Source of the DNA: Candidatus Heimdallarchaeota archaeon
GTDB taxonomy: Archaea > Asgardarchaeota > Heimdallarchaeia > JABLTI01
Assembly: GCA_018238155.1 (NCBI GenBank)
Contig: JABCTZ010000003.1
Span: 64,001-128,000 of the forward strand
Reading direction: 5' to 3'
DNA length: 64,000 nt
The notes beneath the pieces are model-generated. The model did no database searches. It was not told the origin of the DNA and worked only from the letters and a program-made list of their open reading frames with translations. The position numbers were made by a program, and so were the translations under genes. Shown here in pieces: positions 56,589 to 64,000 of the stretch. Within the stretch, counting starts at the first letter, position 1, and each line of letters starts with the position of its first letter.

Positions 56589-56614
56589 TATTGGGGGGTT
56601 ATAAATCCCCAATA
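56589..56614 (+). promoter_or_regulatory. Inverted repeat upstream of the thiB-like gene
   Basis: TATTGGGG-N10-CCCCAATA. Confidence 0.4.
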
Positions 56615-56636
56615 ACTATGCGAAGGATAAGTAAAA

Positions 56637-57896
56637 ATGCACCAAAGACAAATGAAAATTTTTTTGATTATTGTATCAGTACTAATTCTCCCTTTGAATA
56701 ATTCTAAGTTAACTCATACTAACAACATTTCTGGTTGCTCTAATTCTCCCATGTTTCAACAAATAATAATTAATGCTGACGGAACTCAAGAGCTAATTAT
56801 TTATACTCATGATAGTTTTTTAGCGTGGGGTTTGGATCCCGAGACGACACTAAATACCGCTTTTTATGATTGGGGTGTTGCTAACGACGTTACAATAAAC
56901 CTTAAACTATTTAGTGGAATGGTTGATGCTCTTAACAATCTTATTATTGAGAAAGATGCTCCGGTAGCTGATGTTGTTATTGGTTTGGATTCAATAATGA
57001 TCAATCGAGCTAAAGAAGCTGAAGTTTTAATGCCTTATACGGATGCTAATTTAGAGAATATTACAACTTCACTTATTACTGCTCTTGATTCGGAAAAATA
57101 TCTACTACCAATTGATTATGGATTAATCGCTTTTGTTTTTGATACTGAATTTATTACTGCAGCAAATTATCCTGAAATAACCGATTTAACTTTTGATCAT
57201 CTCCTATCAACTTTTGGCAAAGATTTTGTCGTTCAAGATCCAACTTTAAGCGCAACTGGCATAAACTTCCTTCTCTATCAAATTCTCTTTTATGAAGAAA
57301 TATTGGGTCTAGATTGGAAGAGTTGGTGGGAGGCAGCAAAAGGATCAGTAACTATTAGTCGAAGCTGGACTGATTCTTGGGGTCGTGTTTTTGATACCAA
57401 GGAAGATCACATGATGGTTTCTTATGGAACAGACCCTGCTTATAATGCTCATATATGGGGCATTTTCGAACAAAATGCTGCAATAATTAGTAAAGATTCC
57501 ACAAAATATAGTTGGATGCAAATTGAAGGGATAGGATTAGTTAATGGTGCAACAAATGTTACTTTAGCGAAATCCTATATTGATTTTGCTCTAAGTCCAG
57601 ATATGCAAAATCTTATCGCTCAAAATAATTGGATGTTTCCGGCTAATACCGAAGTTGTATTACCTTCTAGCTATGCTTATGCTATTACAGCTGAAAACGT
57701 CACTATTTTGAATGATCTTGTTACATCGGATTACATTGGTGCTAATTATCAAATATGGTTGAATGAATGGGAACAATTAGTATTCGATACTGGTTTCTGG
57801 TGGCTTTGGGTACTAATACCTGCTGTTGTCGTATTTATTGCAATAGTTACTACTGTTGTATTATTCACTCGTAACAAGAAATTAGATATTGAATGA
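56637..57896 (+). CDS. thiB: Thiamine ABC transporter substrate-binding protein (ThiB/TbpA-like) with C-terminal TM anchor
   Basis: IYTHDSF, PVADVVIGLD, PIDYG, QDP..S.TG..FL, MVSYGTDPAY, QIEG and NWMFPAN. Confidence 0.85.
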   Translation: MHQRQMKIFLIIVSVLILPLNNSKLTHTNNISGCSNSPMFQQIIINADGTQELIIYTHDSFLAWGLDPETTLNTAFYDWGVANDVTINLKLFSGMVDALNNLIIEKDAPVADVVIGLDSIMINRAKEAEVLMPYTDANLENITTSLITALDSEKYLLPIDYGLIAFVFDTEFITAANYPEITDLTFDHLLSTFGKDFVVQDPTLSATGINFLLYQILFYEEILGLDWKSWWEAAKGSVTISRSWTDSWGRVFDTKEDHMMVSYGTDPAYNAHIWGIFEQNAAIISKDSTKYSWMQIEGIGLVNGATNVTLAKSYIDFALSPDMQNLIAQNNWMFPANTEVVLPSSYAYAITAENVTILNDLVTSDYIGANYQIWLNEWEQLVFDTGFWWLWVLIPAVVVFIAIVTTVVLFTRNKKLDIE

Positions 57897-57926
57897 AAAG
57901 AAAATGAAAGACAATCTTTCATTTAC

Positions 57927-58751
57927 TTATTTTTTCCCTGCACGGTTAATTTTTTTCCTTAATATTGGTCTTAATACGGCGTATCTTGCTTTCAATTGAA
58001 AATAGCGAACTTTTGAAAATGGTTTAACACAATGAAGACAAGAATCCATTATGCTCTCGAGATCTAATCCTTGTGGTTTTATCTCCTGATTTATGACTCC
58101 TTTGAATCCGATTCCTTTTAAAAAAAACAAAAAATCATTAAAGGGCATTTCTCCAAGACCAAGGGGGAGATGTGAATCGTCTTCTTTTGTGCCATCTTGT
58201 AGGTGTACGTAAACAATTTCTTTTACTAATTCTTTCGGTACATCTAACCAGTTTTTCCAATCAGTCAAGTATCGATGAGCAGCATCAATTGTATGCCCTG
58301 CCAATTTCTTCCCTAAAATATCTTTAGCTTTGAAATAGAAATCCATGAATTCATTATCAGGTTGCCAAGGGATGTTCTCTAAGACAATTGGTGTGTTTAT
58401 TCTTTGCAAACGTTCTATTAATAAATCAAAATTAGAATCTGGTGATTCAGGTGGATGCGAAAGAGTAAATAACATATTCATTTCTTTGTGATGTTCATTT
58501 ACAAAATCAATTACATTCTCTGCTTTCATTGCATTCTCTTTTTTTGAGGAACCTAAATCATATCCTTCTACTCCAAAAATGGGTAAATGAAAAGTTGTTG
58601 TTAACTTGCCTAAATTATTAATAACTCCAGCAATATCTGGAATAATCCTTTCATTTACTTCAACATGATCTAATTTTATTGCATGTGCAAATGGAATCAA
58701 ATCACCCGCAGTTATTCCCTCATAAGGTTCTATGGTTATTCCTATTTTCAT
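57927..58751 (-). CDS. Xylose-isomerase/AP-endonuclease-2-like TIM-barrel protein, paralogue of 47833-48696
   Basis: TTTFHLPIF, TPIVLEN, LAGH..D..HRY, YVH..D and HLPLGLGEMPFN. Confidence 0.85.
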   Translation of the reverse strand: MKIGITIEPYEGITAGDLIPFAHAIKLDHVEVNERIIPDIAGVINNLGKLTTTFHLPIFGVEGYDLGSSKKENAMKAENVIDFVNEHHKEMNMLFTLSHPPESPDSNFDLLIERLQRINTPIVLENIPWQPDNEFMDFYFKAKDILGKKLAGHTIDAAHRYLTDWKNWLDVPKELVKEIVYVHLQDGTKEDDSHLPLGLGEMPFNDFLFFLKGIGFKGVINQEIKPQGLDLESIMDSCLHCVKPFSKVRYFQLKARYAVLRPILRKKINRAGKK

Positions 58752-58822
58752 AATGAATTAAATCTGAATACTAAAAATAAAAGAGTTTTCGGTCAGCTTT
58801 ATACTGACCTTTTGTTAGATTA

Positions 58823-59503
58823 TTACAGTTTGATATATTTCTGAAGTTCGTTATGAATTTCTTTACAACGCTTATCTTCTGTTGCTGATTGATTAGCAAC
58901 AAAATTCAGAACATTACGAATTTTCTCTTCAGGAATATTTCCCTTAATGCTTTTAGCTATTTTTACATAAATACTATGTCGTCGAGAAGCCAATTCATTT
59001 GCTAGTTTTTGTGCTTCAATCAATTCTTTTTCTGAAAGGTTAAGCATAAAACCTTTATTTACAAAATACATCAGAGGTTCTATTACAAGACCTTCCTCTC
59101 TTTCAATCTCATCGATTGTACTTGCTAATACAAAAGCAGGTGCTGTTCGCTCATAATAAGTGATAGAAGTTCTCTTTTTCTTTTCTTCTTTTGCAATCCG
59201 AACAAAACCGTTTTCTAAAAGAAGATCCAAGTGATGATAGCATTTTGGTGCTGATACTCCCAGTTTTCTAGCAATTTCCGGAACAGTTATTTCTTTTCGA
59301 ATTGTTCCATCTTCGTTTTCAATCCCTTCACGCATTGTTCGTAAAATCTTACGTCTCATCGGATCTACAAGGATTTTGATTTTTTCTGGATCAGAAACAA
59401 CTTTAACTATATTCTCAGATATTTCGTCAACACTTTTGTTGGGGACCATTAATACTATTCCATCCTTTTTAATGTAAAATGTTTTTATTTTTTCTACTAC
59501 CAC
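58823..59503 (-). CDS. ArsR-like winged-helix regulator
   Basis: L.DPMRRKIL, TVPEIARKLG.....YHHL..L...GFV. Confidence 0.85.
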   Translation of the reverse strand: MVVEKIKTFYIKKDGIVLMVPNKSVDEISENIVKVVSDPEKIKILVDPMRRKILRTMREGIENEDGTIRKEITVPEIARKLGVSAPKCYHHLDLLLENGFVRIAKEEKKKRTSITYYERTAPAFVLASTIDEIEREEGLVIEPLMYFVNKGFMLNLSEKELIEAQKLANELASRRHSIYVKIAKSIKGNIPEEKIRNVLNFVANQSATEDKRCKEIHNELQKYIKL

Positions 59504-59620
59504 TTTCAGAGATGATGTTTCGCTATTATATATCTTGCTTTAGTAATTAATTTTGATTATTGCTTTAAAATGGTTTAACATTTAATATAATTTAAACGTT
59601 TTTTTCCATTCTGTTCATTT

Positions 59621-60634
59621 TTATCGTTTTTTAAGGTGCTTTACAATGATTTCAACTTTTTCATCAGGAACATTGATAGGTATTACACATCCTGGTGCGA
59701 TTATCAATCTTCGTCCATTTACAGAATCAATTACTTTTTGAATTGTATTTCTTAATTCCTCATCTGTTGAATTGAGCAAAAAGGTTTGTTCTTCTATTCC
59801 ACCCATTAATACACCATCAAATTTGGTGAATGCATTCTGAATTCTGGGTGTTGTTAATTGATCGTGCCAATTCAATGCTTCTGCCGGATAATTTTGTGCT
59901 ATGAGATCAAACATAATGTTGTTTCCATGAATGTGAATCATGTTGAATTTTGATTTGTTCTTGATTGCTTCTAGTATTTTTAAATCGTTTTTCATACCAA
60001 ATTCTTTGTACTGTTCTTCTGTTAAGAAATCATATGTTGCTTCTTGCGTTGCAATGAACATACCAATGGCTCCTTTCTCAACTGAAATTTGGGAGAATTC
60101 AATCATAGCCTTAGTAATAATTTTTAACCCTTCTTTTAAGGCAGAAGGGTTTTCCAACATTGTTTTCTTTACTAATTCTCTATTTTCCGCCAATTTTCCG
60201 GCAATCATTAGTGGATTGAATATTGTTTCAACAAAAGGAGTATCGTCCTTCAACCCTTCTCGAATTAAATCTAACGTTTTTAATTGTTCTCCAAACATAC
60301 CATCATTAACATCAAGCTCTTCTAAAGTTGCCCAATCATCCATAGTTTTTATTCTATAGCTTGTACAAAATGCAGAACCAGATACTTTCTTTTCATCAAA
60401 ATCTATTTCACATCCCCAATCCATGACGCAGTATCTTCCATTTGGACTAACTTTCATAATGATTGAATTGAATTTTTCATTGTATGCTAGTTGTTTTTTT
60501 GCTAATCTATCTGCATACAAATCATCTATTGGGAAATGCCTCCAAACGGCAAGCGGAGTTGTTTCTAATTCTTCTCCATTAATAACATCATTTAGCAATT
60601 CTCTCTTAGATTTCTTCATTGGTTTCTCTCTCAA
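59621..60634 (-). CDS. Uroporphyrinogen decarboxylase/cobamide methyltransferase (URO-D) family protein
   Basis: WRHFP, TIFNP, IHIHG, LNWHD, MGGI and IIAPGCVIP. Confidence 0.85.
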   Translation of the reverse strand: MREKPMKKSKRELLNDVINGEELETTPLAVWRHFPIDDLYADRLAKKQLAYNEKFNSIIMKVSPNGRYCVMDWGCEIDFDEKKVSGSAFCTSYRIKTMDDWATLEELDVNDGMFGEQLKTLDLIREGLKDDTPFVETIFNPLMIAGKLAENRELVKKTMLENPSALKEGLKIITKAMIEFSQISVEKGAIGMFIATQEATYDFLTEEQYKEFGMKNDLKILEAIKNKSKFNMIHIHGNNIMFDLIAQNYPAEALNWHDQLTTPRIQNAFTKFDGVLMGGIEEQTFLLNSTDEELRNTIQKVIDSVNGRRLIIAPGCVIPINVPDEKVEIIVKHLKKR

Positions 60635-60646
60635 AATAAAGCTCTT

Positions 60647-61117
60647 TTATTGGATTTCTACTTGAATCTTTTTTGCATTTCCTTTTTCTGCAATAATAGT
60701 GTATTTTCCTTTCTTAAGGTCTATTACTTCAATAGCTGAATTAAATGGTTTCAGTGCTTGTCCTGCCATTGTTCCTGCTTTCTTTGCTCCGATAACTGAA
60801 ACGATGATTTTATTTTCTTGGACGTTTGCATAGCTTCCATCAAGTTTGTATCCTAAATCAGAGAAATTCCCATTAACTGAAATTTTCAATACTTCCCCTC
60901 TTTTTATTGAACTTGGTGCAGATATCTTATCTATCCACGCTGATTTTTTCGTAAAAGTGTCATTTTTCTTTTCTGGAGTTTTTACGGATTTACCTTTACC
61001 ACTTCTGGGAATTGGTTGTGATTGTTGGTCGTTTGATTGCTTCTTCTCTTTTTTTGAAAACCATTTCTTAATAAAGGACATCTTTTTTTTCACCTTGTTG
61101 TTGTATCTACGATTCAA
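60647..61117 (-). CDS. Hypothetical protein
   Basis: Basic low-complexity N-terminus followed by a beta-rich domain. Confidence 0.6.
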   Translation of the reverse strand: MNRRYNNKVKKKMSFIKKWFSKKEKKQSNDQQSQPIPRSGKGKSVKTPEKKNDTFTKKSAWIDKISAPSSIKRGEVLKISVNGNFSDLGYKLDGSYANVQENKIIVSVIGAKKAGTMAGQALKPFNSAIEVIDLKKGKYTIIAEKGNAKKIQVEIQ

Positions 61118-61260
61118 TTATTGTGATTCAAATTTAAGGTTTCTCTTGCAATAAAATACTTCATTTCTGATTGAATTAGAGATAATAATTTACACAAAAC
61201 TTTAATTTAGATAATTTTCCTCAATTCATAGGCAGATATTTGCTCTTAGGTTTGATACGA

Positions 61261-62922
61261 ATGCCAGTCATAGATATCCCACTCGCAAAACTCAACAAAC
61301 TACTTGGTAAAGTCCTCACAGTAGATGAGATTGAAGAATACTCACTACAATTGGGTACCAAAATTGATGATAAACGTGAAGATAGTATTAAAATTGAATA
61401 CGATCCAAATAGACCCGATTTTTGCAGCATTCCCGGTTTTGCTCGAGCACTTAAAGGTATTATTGGAATAGAAAATGGCTTGCCTAAATACCTGTTGAAA
61501 GACAGTGGCATTATTGTTAAAGTTGAGAAATCTGTTGAAAAAATACGCCCAATAATTAAATGTGCTGTAGTACGGGGTGTTGATTTAGATGCAGATGATA
61601 TTGCTAATTTAATGCAAACACAGGAAACTCTTCATTGGGTTATCGGTAGAGATCGCAAGAAAGTTAGTATTGGCATTCATGATATGAAAGAATTAGTTTC
61701 TCCATACAAATACTATGGTGTTAAAGCTGATAGTCATCCATTTGTTCCTCTTGGTGAGGACGAGGAAATGACTCCTCAACAAATATGTAAGGATCATCCT
61801 AAAGGGTCAAAGTATGCCCATCTAGTTCAACTTGATGGTATTGTTCCTTTTCTAGTGGATAATAATGAAGGTGTTTTATCGTTCCCTCCAATAATAAATG
61901 GCATTTTAACACTTGTTACAGAAAAAACAAAAGATATCTTCATTGATGCTACAGGCACGGATGACCGTGCTGTAACAGATGCTCTTGAAATTCTAACCTC
62001 TTCCTTTGCTGAAAATGGTTATCAGGTTGAAACAGTAACAATGGAAACCTCTGATGGAAAGAAAGTTATCACACCAACCTTTGCAGCACCCATAAAACAA
62101 CTGCACCCAAAATACGTTACTGATATTCTGGGTCTAGAATTTACTCAAGATGAACTCATAAAATATCTTTTAAAAGCTAGATATGGTATTGATAAGTCGG
62201 CAAAAGAAGGGAAAACTATTCCAGTTAAAGTTCCTTCCTATAGAGTTGATGTTCTCCATGAGGTCGATCTTATTGAAGATATTGCTATAGCTTATGGTTA
62301 TCATCTTATGGAACCCGAAATCGATGATATTGTTTCATTCGGTTCTCAACATCCTGTATTCAGAATGCAAAATAAATCCAGAGAAATCCTAGTTGGATTG
62401 GGGTTCATTGAAATGGTTAGCTATACACTCGTTTCTAGAAACTGGCATTATTCAAAAATGCTCACTGAAGGAAATCCAATCGAGTTATTAAATCCTGTAA
62501 GCAGTGAATTCAATATTTTCCGTGATAGTATAGTTCCTAGTTTAATCAATATTCTACAAAAAAACAAACCCTACTCTCTTCCACAGAAGATATTCGAAGT
62601 AGGGGACATTTCAAGAAGAGATGATTCTCTAGAAACTAAAGCTTCTCGAGAGATTTTCTTAAGTGGTGCAATTATTCATCCTAAGATGAATTTTGTTGAA
62701 ATTAAATCAAATGTAGAAGCAATCCTAAAAGCTCTTGGAGTTAAAAAATACAAGCTTCAAAGTGCATCTCATCCAAGTTTCTTCGATGGTAGATGCGCAA
62801 AGATAATGGTCAAAAGCTCAAAGATTGGCATTTTTGGCGAAATTAATCCTAAAGTTCTAACAAACTTTGAACTTGAAAACCCTGTAGGCGCATTCGAAAT
62901 CGAAATAGAGAAACTCTTCTAA
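61261..62922 (+). CDS. pheT: Phenylalanyl-tRNA synthetase beta subunit (archaeal/eukaryotic type)
   Basis: MPVI, PNRPD, GRDRKKVSIGIHD, LSFPPIING, VPSYRVDVLHEVDLIEDIAIAYGY and GEINP.VL.NF.L. Confidence 0.97.
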   Translation: MPVIDIPLAKLNKLLGKVLTVDEIEEYSLQLGTKIDDKREDSIKIEYDPNRPDFCSIPGFARALKGIIGIENGLPKYLLKDSGIIVKVEKSVEKIRPIIKCAVVRGVDLDADDIANLMQTQETLHWVIGRDRKKVSIGIHDMKELVSPYKYYGVKADSHPFVPLGEDEEMTPQQICKDHPKGSKYAHLVQLDGIVPFLVDNNEGVLSFPPIINGILTLVTEKTKDIFIDATGTDDRAVTDALEILTSSFAENGYQVETVTMETSDGKKVITPTFAAPIKQLHPKYVTDILGLEFTQDELIKYLLKARYGIDKSAKEGKTIPVKVPSYRVDVLHEVDLIEDIAIAYGYHLMEPEIDDIVSFGSQHPVFRMQNKSREILVGLGFIEMVSYTLVSRNWHYSKMLTEGNPIELLNPVSSEFNIFRDSIVPSLINILQKNKPYSLPQKIFEVGDISRRDDSLETKASREIFLSGAIIHPKMNFVEIKSNVEAILKALGVKKYKLQSASHPSFFDGRCAKIMVKSSKIGIFGEINPKVLTNFELENPVGAFEIEIEKLF

Positions 62923-62956
62923 ATAAAAATATTTTTTGAAAGCTAAAAACCTGCTT

Positions 62957-64000
62957 TCAAAATATTATTGGTGTGTTTCTTAGTCTATCAATATTGGTAC
63001 TATAGACTTCTCTAATATCATCAAGATCAAGCTTTAACATTACCAAACGATCTAAACCTTGCCCCCAAGCAAGGACTTTTTCTTTTACTCCAAATGGCAA
63101 TGTAACTTCGGGTCTAAATATTCCCGAACCTCCCATTTCAAACCATGTTTTGAATTTATCTACATAAATTAGTGTTGACATTGACGGTTCTGTGTACGGA
63201 TAAAATGATGGTGTTAATCGTATTTTTTTGAAACCCATTTTTCCATAGAAAGTTTTAATCGTACCCATCAAATTTCTTAGTGTTACATTCTTATCAACGA
63301 TGATCCCTTCAAATTGCATAAATTCAGCTAAATGTTTGAAATCGATTGCTTCATTTCGATATGTTCTGTCAATTGAAAAAACTTTTTCAGGAGGAGTCCA
63401 TTCTTTGTAAGCTTTTGATAGATGTCTTACAGTAGTTGCTGTTGTGTGTGTTCGCAAGACTAAACGTTCAGCTTCTGTTAAAGACCATTTGTATCCCCAA
63501 CCTTTACTTTTTGTTTTCCAACCATTTTCGTGTGTTTCAGCTACCTTTTTTACAATTTCTTTTGGAGGTAAATCTGCTTTATTTGGTTGGTTTAGTTTAA
63601 AAGTATCATGCATTTCTCTGGCTGGATGATCTTGAGGTTGAAATAAAGCATCAAAGTTCCAAAATTCGGATTCTACAATCGGTCCTCGAATTTCATGAAA
63701 ACCCATTTCAAAAAAGATTTCTCGCATCTCATTTACTACTTCAATTACAGGATGTCTTCTTCCAAAATAAGTGACTGGTACTTTTTCTGTAGGGTCATAT
63801 GCTTTGAATTTCTTTTTACTCCAACTCCCAGTTATGATCATTTTAGGAGTTAATGTTGTTTCCAATTTGTCTTGGATTTTCAACCCTTTTTTCAATACTT
63901 GTTGTCCATCACTGGTCAATTTAGCAATGCGTATTCTCTTTTCATTTATAATCAGAATCTTTCTTTTACTGAGATTTTTAATACTTTCTTGCACTTTTGG
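62957..64000 (-). CDS. pheS: Phenylalanyl-tRNA synthetase alpha subunit (5' part beyond window)
   Basis: FWNFDALFQPQDHPAREMHDTF, LRTHTT, YRNEAID..HLAEF.Q.EG, FYPYTEPS and AWGQGLDRL. Confidence 0.97.
   Translation of the reverse strand, partial: PKVQESIKNLSKRKILIINEKRIRIAKLTSDGQQVLKKGLKIQDKLETTLTPKMIITGSWSKKKFKAYDPTEKVPVTYFGRRHPVIEVVNEMREIFFEMGFHEIRGPIVESEFWNFDALFQPQDHPAREMHDTFKLNQPNKADLPPKEIVKKVAETHENGWKTKSKGWGYKWSLTEAERLVLRTHTTATTVRHLSKAYKEWTPPEKVFSIDRTYRNEAIDFKHLAEFMQFEGIIVDKNVTLRNLMGTIKTFYGKMGFKKIRLTPSFYPYTEPSMSTLIYVDKFKTWFEMGGSGIFRPEVTLPFGVKEKVLAWGQGLDRLVMLKLDLDDIREVYSTNIDRLRNTPIIF

Noticed and set aside
56540-56636. TPP riboswitch upstream of thiB
   Set aside because: No CUGAGA or other TPP core consensus.

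Overview
AT-rich archaeal chromosomal window, most likely from an Asgard archaeon of the Heimdallarchaeia type. This is inferred from a eukaryote-like PriS/PriL pair, archaeal PheRS, geranylgeranyl reductase, type II MetAP, an archaeosortase-type C-terminal anchor and a membrane/winged-helix/zinc-ribbon protein. Housekeeping and metabolic blocks include mutS-mutL, map, a pgsA-like gene, XPD, priS/priL, SepF, GGR, an MttB-corrinoid-homocysteine methyltransferase cluster, an ABC exporter, thiB and pheT/pheS. The main result is an accessory region at about 37.0-43.8 kb. It starts with a tRNA(CAU), probably Ile2, carrying two BHB introns (37/38 and 58/59). Seven or possibly eight direct repeats of a tRNA 3' arm follow, each separated by one or two small cargo genes: PIN nuclease, thioredoxin/HxlR, methyltransferase, HicBA, zinc-finger proteins and a signal peptidase. 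The repeats lack the T-loop intron of the resident gene. Two are flanked by a codon-conserved stub reading through the att, as expected for an SSV-type split integrase, and no intact integrase is in the window. Other notable items are a circularly permuted triosephosphate isomerase homologue, an unannotated 46-aa secreted peptide divergent from a large regulator-like gene, a candidate multi-hairpin H/ACA RNA, and a MetAP with a Lys-rich N-terminal arm. All calls come from reading the sequence and motifs; no searches were run.
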